NCBI GenBank assembly: GCA_024256285.1
Contig: JACGUG010000003.1
Location: forward strand, 1 to 63,754
Length of the DNA stretch: 63,754 bases
From: an archaeon
Lineage (GTDB): Archaea; Thermoproteota; Nitrososphaeria; Nitrososphaerales; JACAEJ01
Reading direction: 5' to 3'
The stretch's first letter is position 1, and each line of letters begins with the position of its first letter. This document shows positions 38,736 to 47,809 of the stretch, piece by piece. A program made the position numbers and the translations under genes. The notes under the pieces were generated by a model. The model was not told the DNA's origin. It saw only the letters and a list, made by a program, of their open reading frames with translations, and did no database searches.

Positions 38736-38780
38736 ATAGTCCACTATCCAACGATATAGTTCACTATACTTCCAACGATA
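38736..38780. promoter_or_regulatory. Two tandem palindromes ATAGT-NN-ACTAT, each followed by CCAACGATA
   Basis: ATAGTCCACTAT (38736) and ATAGTTCACTAT (38756), exactly 20 bp apart, upstream of a TTTATA box (about 38795). Confidence 0.55.
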
Positions 38781-38849
38781 AGTTAACAGACTAGCTAACA
38801 AAACTTTATAGTAAGCAACTACCCGAAATCCTTGGAGGCAACCACGGAG

Positions 38850-39458
38850 ATGAGCGTGATACTGACCATTCCAAAGGACGATCTTCTCCTCAAGGAATAC
38901 TTTCCCAATCTGGCAGAGGAAGAGATGGACTATTTCAAGTACATCTCGGACCTGATGGTCGAGAAAGTGATCCATCCCATCATGAAGGCTGAAGATAAAG
39001 AGTCTGCCATCGAAAAGGAAGCCATTCACTACCTCCTCTACTCGCTGAATCTCTATCCTATCATGCCGAAGATCATAGAAAGATATGATAATTACTTCGA
39101 GTTTCTCCGCAAAGAGGTAAAGGAAAAAATTAGAGATGGAGATATCCTCCGCTCGGTGCTTCATGCCCTTGACGTCCTCAAGGAGCACATAAGCTACTTC
39201 TCAGAACTCTTTTCCAGAGATCCCTACAAGTTGAGTCTCTTTAGGGTGAATGAAATCGAAGCCTATCTCTACACCCTAACCAAGACAAGTCTTGCCTTTA
39301 ACGTGATCTTTGTAGCCATGTATGAAAAGGTCGAAGATCTTAAGAGTCTGAGCCAGATCGCTAAGAAGTACGCCCATGAGTTCGAGCCCTTTGTGGCCCA
39401 TCTCCAGGTCCTAGCCAAAGAAGAATCGGCGCCCAACGATCTTTCCAACACAACATGA
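38850..39458 (+). CDS. All-helical hypothetical protein
   Basis: ATG at 38850 after GGAG; many C-ending codons, unlike its neighbours; no family recognised. Confidence 0.7.
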   Translation: MSVILTIPKDDLLLKEYFPNLAEEEMDYFKYISDLMVEKVIHPIMKAEDKESAIEKEAIHYLLYSLNLYPIMPKIIERYDNYFEFLRKEVKEKIRDGDILRSVLHALDVLKEHISYFSELFSRDPYKLSLFRVNEIEAYLYTLTKTSLAFNVIFVAMYEKVEDLKSLSQIAKKYAHEFEPFVAHLQVLAKEESAPNDLSNTT

Positions 39459-39459
39459 C

Positions 39460-40359
39460 TTAGAGAGTAGAAAGGTGAGATGCCAGAAGGGGCGCTACAT
39501 CGATCTTGCTTATGGGGCTCGGTATCGTGTTCGTCCCCACAAGCTCCTCAACACCAGCCTTCTTTATCCTATCCAAGGCATCCCCAGTCAGCAAGGGATG
39601 GACGCAGGTTGCAAATACTCTACCAGCACCGCTATCCTTCAACTTGAGGGCAGCCAGCTCCATGGTCTTGCCACTGCTTATGATATCGTCGACAAGGATC
39701 ACATCCCTGCCTTGAACGTTCTTCTTCATCTCCTTTAATACGACCTCACCCGTAACTCTGTCCCTCACCTTAGAAAGGGCGAAGTAATCAACTCCTAGCA
39801 CTCTTGCAAAGGCCTCCACTCTGACAGACCCACCAAGGTCTGGAGATACCGCCACGGCCTCCTTCAAGCTGTAATTTTTATCGAAGTACTCAGCCATCTT
39901 AGGAATCGCCGAAACACTGTAGGCAGGGATGGAGAAGAGCCCCAACCCTTCTACGTTGTGTATACCGACGGTGACCATCCTCCTAACCCCTACAGACCTG
40001 AGCAGACGGGCAAAGACCCCCAAGCTCACTATCTCCCCCTGAAGGAAGGCCCTATGCTGTCTAGCGTAAGCAAGGTAGGGGATTATCACATGAACCTCTG
40101 CCCCATCCTCGTTCAGCTTGTGGGCCAAGAAAAGCAACTGTAGTATGTGCCTGTCGATGGGGGGGTAGGTGGACTGAACTATCACAACACGCCTATCCAT
40201 AACATCACTCATTATCCTGAAGTAGCTCTCACCGTCTGGGAAGAGCTTGGCATCTATCTCTACAAGGTCTGAGCCCAACCTCTCAGCCACACCCACTGCC
40301 AAGTCCTTTGAAGCCGGTCCTGGGGCTATCAGCCATCCCTTTTTTTTATCTGTAGACAT
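39460..40359 (-). CDS. prs: Ribose-phosphate pyrophosphokinase
   Basis: FPDGESY, PYLAYARQHR, SPDLGG, VDDIISSGKT, CVH. Confidence 0.95.
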   Translation of the reverse strand: MSTDKKKGWLIAPGPASKDLAVGVAERLGSDLVEIDAKLFPDGESYFRIMSDVMDRRVVIVQSTYPPIDRHILQLLFLAHKLNEDGAEVHVIIPYLAYARQHRAFLQGEIVSLGVFARLLRSVGVRRMVTVGIHNVEGLGLFSIPAYSVSAIPKMAEYFDKNYSLKEAVAVSPDLGGSVRVEAFARVLGVDYFALSKVRDRVTGEVVLKEMKKNVQGRDVILVDDIISSGKTMELAALKLKDSGAGRVFATCVHPLLTGDALDRIKKAGVEELVGTNTIPSPISKIDVAPLLASHLSTL

Positions 40360-40459
40360 AGGATGTGGATAGAGGTGGGTATTTTTTTCTTTATCGCAAC
40401 CCTTTCAAAGTTAGATCGAATAAGGTTATTAAGACGATCTTACCAATGAATAGAAGATT

Positions 40460-41500
40460 ATGGAAAAGGAGGCCATGGCCTACACGAGGCTTACTGGCAC
40501 AGATGTGAAGTGTAAACTCTGCCCAAGAGGTTGCACCATAAAGAACTCGAAGAGGGGTGTATGCAGAGTTAGGGAGAACAGAGACGGGGCCCTCTTCACT
40601 CTGATCTACGGCACAACCACAGCAGAGGCTATCGACCCTATAGAGAAGAAGCCCTTATTCCATTTCTGGCCTGGTAGCGATACATATTCGATATCGACTC
40701 TATCATGCACTCTATTCTGTCCATGGTGCCAGAACTGGGAGATAAGCCAAGCATCTCCTAAAGAGGTTCATTCCCATGAGAACACCCCTGAGGGAGTAGT
40801 CAAGAGGGCTCTTGAATCGGGCTCCAGGTCTATCTCCTACACATACAACGAGCCCCTCCTCTGGTATGAATTCGTCTATGAAACATCCAAGGTCGCAAGG
40901 GAGGATAAAGTTCACAATATACTGGTCACAAACGGTTACATAACAGAGGAAGCCCTCCTACCTTTGGTCAAGTACATAGATGCTGCGAACGTCGATATAA
41001 AGGGCTTTACCGAAGATTTCTACCGTACTTATTGTAGGGGCGGTTTGGAGCCTGTCCTCTTGGCAACGAAATTGATGAAGAGGGAAAGCACACATGTAGA
41101 AGTGACGAACCTGATAATCCCCGGCATCAACGACTCCTTGGAAGAAATAAGACAGCTTGTAACATGGGTAAGGGACAGCCTGGGTTCAGAGACACCTCTA
41201 CACTTCTCGCGCTTCTTCCCCCACTATAAGATGACAGATACACATGCAACCCCCTTTGAAACTCTGTTAAAGGCGAAGGAGATCGCTGAGGAAGAGGGGT
41301 TGCAATTTGTCTACATAGGGAACGTGGCGAGCGAAGGCGAAAATACCTACTGCCCGAACTGTAGACATCTTCTGATAAGAAGGATGGGTTTCGATGTCCT
41401 CAAGGTCGATCTATCAGAGGATAAGAGGTGCCCCAACTGTGGATTCAAGATCAATATAGTGGGCGAGGTCAATACTAGGAGTTTCATCAGATGGTGGTAA
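40460..41500 (+). CDS. AmmeMemoRadiSam-type radical SAM enzyme
   Basis: CKLCPRGC...CRVR, IDPIEKKPLFHFWPG, CTLFCPWCQNWEISQ, YTYNEP, TYCPNC. Confidence 0.9.
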   Translation: MEKEAMAYTRLTGTDVKCKLCPRGCTIKNSKRGVCRVRENRDGALFTLIYGTTTAEAIDPIEKKPLFHFWPGSDTYSISTLSCTLFCPWCQNWEISQASPKEVHSHENTPEGVVKRALESGSRSISYTYNEPLLWYEFVYETSKVAREDKVHNILVTNGYITEEALLPLVKYIDAANVDIKGFTEDFYRTYCRGGLEPVLLATKLMKRESTHVEVTNLIIPGINDSLEEIRQLVTWVRDSLGSETPLHFSRFFPHYKMTDTHATPFETLLKAKEIAEEEGLQFVYIGNVASEGENTYCPNCRHLLIRRMGFDVLKVDLSEDKRCPNCGFKINIVGEVNTRSFIRWW

Positions 41501-41547
41501 TTGCAGATTTTGTAAGTTTGTAATAATTATAGGGATGGTTAGTTAGA

Positions 41548-42624
41548 ATGTGGAGAGCTTTCCGCCCAGATTCTATAACTGTGCTCTACGATAAGAAGTG
41601 CAGAGCCTCCTTATCACGATACTTCGATATAATCTTCGATAAGAAGATGGCAAAGTTCAAGCTCTTGAAGACCTTTCCCTCAGACTTTCAAGGCAAGAGC
41701 ACGGCTGAGATGTGGAAGTTACATAATAAGATGGCCGAAGATTTCAAGGACTATGTAAAAGAGGTCGATTCTGGCAGAGAGGCTGATCTTGCCGAGAGGA
41801 GTCTGCTGGACCTAAAGATTTTCTTGGCAAAGAAGACGCTCGAGAGGTGTACATTCTGCATGCATGCCTGTGCGGTCAACAGATTAAGAGGCGAAACGAA
41901 GTACTGTGGTTGCAGTATGGACTTCCCAGTCTCGACCATGTTCGACCATTATGGAGAAGAGCCTGAACTCGTACCATCCTTCACCGTCTTCACTGTGGGT
42001 TGCAGTATGAGGTGTCTTCACTGCCAGAACTGGACCATCAGCCAATGGAAAGAGAGAGGTACTCTCTACGAGTTTGAAGAAGTAGCGAGGCAGGCAGATA
42101 AAGCCAGATTAAGAGGTTGCAGAAACTTGAACATGGTAGGGGGAGAGCCCACGCCTTACCTCTATCACTGGTTGGAGGTATCGAGGTCGATCAAGGAGAA
42201 CATACCCATCGTCTGGAACTCCAATAGCTACTATAGCCATCCTTCTTCAAGACTTCTGGCTGAGTGGGTCGATGTCTACCTCCTGGACTTCAAGTATGGA
42301 AACAACGACTGTGCTGTAAGGATATCTGATGCACCTAACTATTGGGAGGCCTGTACAAGAAACCATCTCATGGCAAAAGAGCACGGAGAGTTGATAATCC
42401 GAGTATTGGTTCTACCGGACCATGTAGACTGCTGCTTCAGACCCATAGTGGAGTGGATAGCCAAGAACTTGGGAAGAGATACTAGGGTCAATGTCATGTG
42501 GCAGTATACTCCTCATTGGAGGGCTCATGAGATACCAGAGCTAAGGAGAAGGCTCAAAAGAGACGAGATGGAGCAGACGATACATATCGCAAAAGAGGTT
42601 GGACTGGAGAATTTCATCACATGA
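41548..42624 (+). CDS. PflX-like radical SAM protein
   Basis: CTFCMHACAVNR, HYGEEPEL, CSMRCLHCQNWTISQ, VGGEPTP, YLLDFKYGN, RVLVLP. Confidence 0.88.
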   Translation: MWRAFRPDSITVLYDKKCRASLSRYFDIIFDKKMAKFKLLKTFPSDFQGKSTAEMWKLHNKMAEDFKDYVKEVDSGREADLAERSLLDLKIFLAKKTLERCTFCMHACAVNRLRGETKYCGCSMDFPVSTMFDHYGEEPELVPSFTVFTVGCSMRCLHCQNWTISQWKERGTLYEFEEVARQADKARLRGCRNLNMVGGEPTPYLYHWLEVSRSIKENIPIVWNSNSYYSHPSSRLLAEWVDVYLLDFKYGNNDCAVRISDAPNYWEACTRNHLMAKEHGELIIRVLVLPDHVDCCFRPIVEWIAKNLGRDTRVNVMWQYTPHWRAHEIPELRRRLKRDEMEQTIHIAKEVGLENFIT

Positions 42625-42685
42625 AATTTTAAAGTAGTTCATTTGTTAAACTTTTAAGCAAGCTATTAGGATCAGATCATGGTGG

Positions 42686-42892
42686 ATGATGCAACAATAT
42701 TGTCCCGAATGTGGTGGCGTTATGTTTTATGATTCTGCTTCAAGGCATTATATCTGTAAAAATTGTGGTTTGTACATTACGAAGGATCAGCTTCTAGACT
42801 TAAAGGAGAGGCTGAGGGAAGAGGGAGAAGAGCGTAGGAAGAAGAGGCGAAGGCACGAGGAGTATCTGGAGTGGTGGCTTAGTAAGAAGTAA
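42686..42892 (+). CDS. Small zinc-ribbon protein
   Basis: CPECGG...CKNCG followed by a charged helix and YLEWWL. Confidence 0.8.
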   Translation: MMQQYCPECGGVMFYDSASRHYICKNCGLYITKDQLLDLKERLREEGEERRKKRRRHEEYLEWWLSKK

Positions 42893-42904
42893 CTTTTTAA
42901 TTAA

Positions 42905-43666
42905 TTAATGGTCAACCTCTTCCCCGCCACGAAGGATGTTGGCCAAGGTAGCAGAGAGCTCTACCAAACCCTCACGAGTAATGGACGAGACGGGTATAAG
43001 TTCATGCTCAAAACCGAGGGTCATCAATTCATGCAGAATCCCGCTACTCAAAAGGTACTGGGACCCCTCCTCTTCTTTGTGTATGGCCTCTTCAAGAGTA
43101 GCAGAGTTCGATGCCCACTCCGTTATCCTATCCATTCCCTTGTTGCCTACCATATCTCTTTTTGTCAGCACAGGTATCTGGGGTAGTTTGAGCCTCAGTT
43201 GAACAGATGTTGAAAGAAGGGCCATAGAGACGAAGTTTATAGGGGTCGAGACGAGTATGGCATCGAAAAGGAAGAGTGATGCCTTATTCTCACACCTTAA
43301 GTTCTGGACTATGAAAGGACCGCTCGATCTGTAGGCGAAGAGTTCCATCTGACCTGGTGTATCTACTATGGCGTAGTCTGGGTTGAACCCATCTATATCA
43401 TCTTGGAGTTCATCGATCTTGGTGGCTGTAAGGTCTGATGCGAGTATCAGGGCTCCGTTCGGTCCCAACTGGTAAGACTCCATTATATTCTGAAGGTCTA
43501 TGTAGTCTCTCACATCGACATCTGGCGTGTAGGGAAGCTCTAAAGGTCCTGGATCGAGGTTGACGGATATTGCATAAGAGCCTTTCTCAGTGTACCAAGA
43601 GACAAGGGTCGATGTAAGGAGGGACTTCCCTGATCCAGCAGTCCCAACGATGAATATTAAAAACAT
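42905..43666 (-). CDS. GPN-loop GTPase
   Basis: GTAGSGKS, NLDPG, LGPNG, DTPGQ, TKRD. Start placed at MFLIF. Confidence 0.93.
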   Translation of the reverse strand: MFLIFIVGTAGSGKSLLTSTLVSWYTEKGSYAISVNLDPGPLELPYTPDVDVRDYIDLQNIMESYQLGPNGALILASDLTATKIDELQDDIDGFNPDYAIVDTPGQMELFAYRSSGPFIVQNLRCENKASLFLFDAILVSTPINFVSMALLSTSVQLRLKLPQIPVLTKRDMVGNKGMDRITEWASNSATLEEAIHKEEEGSQYLLSSGILHELMTLGFEHELIPVSSITREGLVELSATLANILRGGEEVDH

Positions 43667-43874
43667 AATGGATGTTAAATTGGGGGTTCGTTTAATGTTT
43701 TGCATAGTCGTGACTTATTGAAGATGAATGATGCGCAACCTCTTATTCTTGCAATCAGATATCACTTTCTCATACATCGGTTCAAAGACCGAAAGATTCA
43801 ACAGAACCCTTTATTCTAAGTATCGTTAATAACAAAAAAGATAGGGATCATATATAGATTGGAGGGGCTTTGAA

Positions 43875-44693
43875 TTGGATGTCTTTGAGATAATCTCTGT
43901 TGGAAACGAACTTCTTAATGGAAAGACTCTGAACACCAATGCCCATTGGCTTGCGAAGGCTATAACCGAGTTAGGAGGTTTCGTCAGGCGTTGCACAGTG
44001 ATCAGAGACGATGTAGAAGAGATATCCTCTGCAGTCAGAGAATCCATGGAGAGGGGGGTAGATTGGTTGATCGTATCGGGCGGTCTGGGACCCACTTACG
44101 ACGACAAGACCCTTCAAGGTCTGGCAAAAGCCCTACATCGAGAATTGATCTTGGATGAAGATGCCTTGAAGATGGTAAAAAAGAAGTATGAAGAGATCGT
44201 CGGCCATGGTCTGCTGAAAAGGGTTGAGCTTACACCAGCAAGGATGAAGATGGCTACTCTGCCAAAGGGCTCAAAACCTCTTCCAAATCCCTTAGGTACA
44301 GCTCCCGGAGTTCTATTGAAAGAAGGTAGAATGAATATCCTCTGCCTTCCCGGAGTTCCAGCAGAGATGAAGAGCATATTCAAAGAGAGCATCTCACCCA
44401 TCATAGAAGAAAGGAGAAAAGGTTTCTACCATGAGAAGAGTGTTCACATAACTGGGATAGTTGAATCGGAGTTGGCACCCCTCATAGAAGAAGTCTTGAA
44501 GAGCCATCCATCAGTGTACGTAAAATCACACCCAAAGGGTCGAAAAGAGGGGGTCTCTAAGATCGAGATTCAAGTAACCACGACAGCAGATGATCCTTCT
44601 ACCGCTCTGAGAAGGGTCGAGGTTGCACTGGAGCAGCTGACTTCCATTATAATCGATCAGGGCGGGATGGTCGACGAGGAGAGGATGACATGA
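43875..44693 (+). CDS. CinA N-terminal (MocF-like) protein, nucleotide pyrophosphatase family
   Basis: VGNELLNG...NTNAHWLA, GGLGPTYDDKT, LPGVPAEM; no PncC domain. Confidence 0.85.
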   Translation: MDVFEIISVGNELLNGKTLNTNAHWLAKAITELGGFVRRCTVIRDDVEEISSAVRESMERGVDWLIVSGGLGPTYDDKTLQGLAKALHRELILDEDALKMVKKKYEEIVGHGLLKRVELTPARMKMATLPKGSKPLPNPLGTAPGVLLKEGRMNILCLPGVPAEMKSIFKESISPIIEERRKGFYHEKSVHITGIVESELAPLIEEVLKSHPSVYVKSHPKGRKEGVSKIEIQVTTTADDPSTALRRVEVALEQLTSIIIDQGGMVDEERMT

Positions 44694-44717
44694 AATCCAA
44701 GGAGATGAGGTGATTCG

Positions 44718-45155
44718 ATGTCAAGGGAGTATCCAGAGTATCCTATGGTAGGTGTAGGAGCACTGATCAAGAAAGATGGTTCGGTCCTTTTGGTTAAAAG
44801 AGAGCACGAGCCGGGCAAAGGCAGATGGTCTCTGCCGGGGGGTCTTGTAAACCTAGGCGAAACTATGATGGAGGCAGTAAAGCGAGAGGTCGAGGAAGAG
44901 GTAGGGCTCAAGGTGAAGGTAGTCGGTCTTATAGATGTATTTGACAGTATTGTGTACGATGATGAAGGCAGGGTGCGCTTCCACTATGTGATCATAGGCT
45001 TCGAGGTGAGTCTCATAGGAGGAGAGGTCAGAGGGAGCGAAGAGGCTTCCCAAGTCGATTGGTTCAAGGCTGAAGAGTTGAGGGGCTTGAAGATGACCAG
45101 TACTACGAAAAAGCTACTGAAAGATTACCTTCTGATGGATCGAGACGATCAGTAG
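44718..45155 (+). CDS. NUDIX hydrolase (ADP-ribose pyrophosphatase-like)
   Basis: YPEYPMVGVG, GGLVNLGETMMEAVKREVEEEVG Nudix box, RFHYVI. Confidence 0.9.
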   Translation: MSREYPEYPMVGVGALIKKDGSVLLVKREHEPGKGRWSLPGGLVNLGETMMEAVKREVEEEVGLKVKVVGLIDVFDSIVYDDEGRVRFHYVIIGFEVSLIGGEVRGSEEASQVDWFKAEELRGLKMTSTTKKLLKDYLLMDRDDQ

Positions 45156-45230
45156 TTTATGTAAATATTAGAAAATTGTATTTACACATCTTTGGGTAGT
45201 TTTAAATTTAAGGGATGGGTTCATCGGTTC

Positions 45231-45776
45231 ATGGCAGATTCAAGACTTGGAAAGGGGCTTGTTCACATAATAACTGGAAAGGGTAGGGGCAAGACTACAT
45301 CGGCTCTTGGGTTGGCCCTTAGGGCTACTGGTCATGGCCTAAAGGTCTGTATGATCCAGTTCATGAAGAGCAGATGGGAAGGGGAGAGGTATGGTGAGAT
45401 CAACGCTGTTAGGAAGATTCAAAATTTCAAGATAGTTCAGTTCGGCAGTGAAAAGCTCGTATCACACTATACACCTACTGAGATGGACTTCAAGCGCGCC
45501 AAGAAGGGGCTGGAGTACGCAAAAAAGACCATCAAGGGCAATGAGTGTGATCTGGTGATCTTAGATGAGATATGGGTAGCTGTTCATCATAAACTGATCA
45601 ATCTATCAGAAGTCATAAGCCTTATCAAGAACAAGGCCGAGCATGTGGAACTGGTACTGACAGGAAGGTATGCCCCAAAAGAAGCTTATGAATACGCAGA
45701 TTACGTCTCAGAGATCAAGAAGGTCAAGCACCCTTACTCAAAGGGTCAGAAGGCAAGATTGGGCATAGAGTTCTGA
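45231..45776 (+). CDS. cobO: Cob(I)alamin adenosyltransferase
   Basis: GKGRGKTTSALG, IQFMK, ILDEI, LVLTGR, KHPY..G...R.GIEF. Start placed at MADSRL. Confidence 0.93.
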   Translation: MADSRLGKGLVHIITGKGRGKTTSALGLALRATGHGLKVCMIQFMKSRWEGERYGEINAVRKIQNFKIVQFGSEKLVSHYTPTEMDFKRAKKGLEYAKKTIKGNECDLVILDEIWVAVHHKLINLSEVISLIKNKAEHVELVLTGRYAPKEAYEYADYVSEIKKVKHPYSKGQKARLGIEF

Positions 45777-45788
45777 TGTATAGGTGAA

Positions 45789-46721
45789 TTAAAGAACCTT
45801 GCCGATGATCGTTATAGGCTTTCTAACAGTCCATGCCAGTCTTTCGATCTTTGCTTCATCCATGGTGACCAAGACTGCCGTGGCTGGACCTGCAGGCTTC
45901 TCCAAGTCCATTTTAACATCATCATAAAACTTAACCTGCCGCCCAACCATCTGTGTTATCATCCTTGCTTCGTAGGCTATGCCTTGAGTATCGACTGGAA
46001 TTACATCGTGGACAAATTCTAGTTGGAGCAACCTAAGGACTTCTTGAAGGTCTGCTATCTTTCCCTCCCTCTCGGCTTGAAGGACTTCCTCCCCAACCTT
46101 TGGAGTGCCTATTATGACAAGGGCATCGTTGGGCTGAGTCCTCCCTATTCTCAGCTCATCTTCATGAACGAGCCCCAAAGCCATCGCCCCCAGCCCTGTC
46201 TGATCAGTGCTTACGTTCTCCTCTGTATTCACGCTTATGGACTCTTCTGGATCGAGTCCTATCTTCTTTGCCTCACTCTTTACGCCTTTCAGTATCTCTA
46301 TGCCTGTAGGGGCCATCTCAACGCTCAATGTAACTACGATCAGCCTTGGCCATGAATTTATCGCTATAGTATCCATGAGGACTACCCTGGTCATGAAGCG
46401 GCCCAGTGTAAAACCATCAACCTTGACCTTGTCCATAGGTTTCGGGCCTATGCCACCAGAGGATGTATAGCTCAAGGTCAAGATCAAGCCTGTCGGTAGC
46501 TTCATTAGGGTTACATCTCCCCTCTTCATCAAGACTACCTGTGAAGGTGTTACCCTGAAGATTGTTGGACGTACTATGCTACCTATGTTCTTCAGCATAG
46601 TCAAGTAGAAGGTCAAAGCTTGTCGGATGACTTCCGATCTACTTAGATCATACTCTTTGGCAAACTCATCGAGGTCTCTTACTATCTTCTCTGGAAGTCG
46701 GACATTTATAGGGCCACTCAA
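45789..46721 (-). CDS. CopG-type RHH domain fused to a CblS (alpha-ribazole kinase)-like PurM-fold domain
   Basis: INVRLPEKIVRDLDEFAKEYDLSRSEVIRQAL, then GGIGPK..DKVKV, GRFMTRV, VEMAPTG, TEEN..TDQTG, GTPKVGEEV, KPAGPAT. Confidence 0.75.
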   Translation of the reverse strand: MSGPINVRLPEKIVRDLDEFAKEYDLSRSEVIRQALTFYLTMLKNIGSIVRPTIFRVTPSQVVLMKRGDVTLMKLPTGLILTLSYTSSGGIGPKPMDKVKVDGFTLGRFMTRVVLMDTIAINSWPRLIVVTLSVEMAPTGIEILKGVKSEAKKIGLDPEESISVNTEENVSTDQTGLGAMALGLVHEDELRIGRTQPNDALVIIGTPKVGEEVLQAEREGKIADLQEVLRLLQLEFVHDVIPVDTQGIAYEARMITQMVGRQVKFYDDVKMDLEKPAGPATAVLVTMDEAKIERLAWTVRKPITIIGKVL

Positions 46722-46786
46722 TTTTGTACAACCTATTATAAGTTAACTCCTTATAACCCTCTTGGTCTATAAGTGAGAGAGGGAGA

Positions 46787-47809
46787 ATGGCTTTAGACTA
46801 TGAATCGATGCTCTTAAGGTCTGTTGGATGCTTGGCAGGCGTAGCCATCGGGGATTCTATGGGGATGCCTACCTCTGGGTTCTCGCCAGAACAGATACGT
46901 GAAAAGTTTGGCAAGGTAGTAAGTTTTTTGGATGCACCTAAAGGGCATCTAGTCCATGATGGATTGAAGGCTGGGCAGGTTACCGATGATACCCAGATAA
47001 CACTTGTCTTGGCAGATGCGATAATAAAGGATGGGTTTGTATCATCGGAAGGTTTTGCAAGGCGATTATGGGAGTGGAGTGTTAAATCGGGTGCTTCTAT
47101 AAAGAGATTTTTAGGACCCAGCACGAGGGGAGCCTTGGAGAAGGTGGCGAAAGGAAATAAGATTCAGGATGTCTCTGGATTGGGGGCCACAGATGGTGCG
47201 GCCATGAGAGTTTCTCCAGTAGGAATAGTCGATGCAGGCCTCGATCTAAAAGAAGTTGTAGAAGATGTGGCGAAGTCTTGTGCCTTTACTCACAACACCG
47301 ATGTGGCCATCTCTGCAGCCTCAGCTGTAGCATGTTCGATCTCTAAGGCAGTTGTGGGAGATTGTAGTGTTGATGATATCATCGAGGCTGGAATGAAGGG
47401 TGCGAGGCTTGGTGCCCAGTTTGGAAGTCTGTATCCGGCTGCTCCAGTAGATAAGAGAATAGAGCTGGCTATGAATCTGGTCTCTCATGCCAAGAGCCTT
47501 GAAGAGGTCATAGACTCCCTCTACAACTATGTCGGTGCTGGGATTGGGTCTAACGAAGCCGTGCCAACCGCCTTCGGGGTCTTTGCTGCTACTGATGGAG
47601 AGCCTATGGATGCCATAATAATGGCGACAAACATAGGAGGGGATGCAGACACCATAGCATCCATAGCAGGCGGGATTGCAGGGGCATTTAAAGGGATCGA
47701 GGCTTTCCCAAAGGAGATGGTAGAGAAGGTTGTGAAGGTCAATGAGCTGAACTTCTATGAAGTTGTGAGGAGGCTCTTGGAAGTGAGGCAGAAGAGGTTG
47801 ATGAAGTGA
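46787..47809 (+). CDS. ADP-ribosylglycohydrolase family protein
   Basis: GDSMG, VTDDTQ, DGAAMRVSP, GGDADTIASIAG. Confidence 0.93.
   Translation: MALDYESMLLRSVGCLAGVAIGDSMGMPTSGFSPEQIREKFGKVVSFLDAPKGHLVHDGLKAGQVTDDTQITLVLADAIIKDGFVSSEGFARRLWEWSVKSGASIKRFLGPSTRGALEKVAKGNKIQDVSGLGATDGAAMRVSPVGIVDAGLDLKEVVEDVAKSCAFTHNTDVAISAASAVACSISKAVVGDCSVDDIIEAGMKGARLGAQFGSLYPAAPVDKRIELAMNLVSHAKSLEEVIDSLYNYVGAGIGSNEAVPTAFGVFAATDGEPMDAIIMATNIGGDADTIASIAGGIAGAFKGIEAFPKEMVEKVVKVNELNFYEVVRRLLEVRQKRLMK

Noticed and set aside
38709-39188. 159-aa minus-strand ORF
   Set aside because: Antisense shadow of the better-supported plus-strand gene at 38850-39458
40460-42624. Either radical SAM as the ArcS partner RaSEA completing archaeosine synthesis
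   Set aside because: Motifs fit the AmmeMemoRadiSam and PflX families, and no ArcS, QueF-like or GAT-QueC gene is in the window
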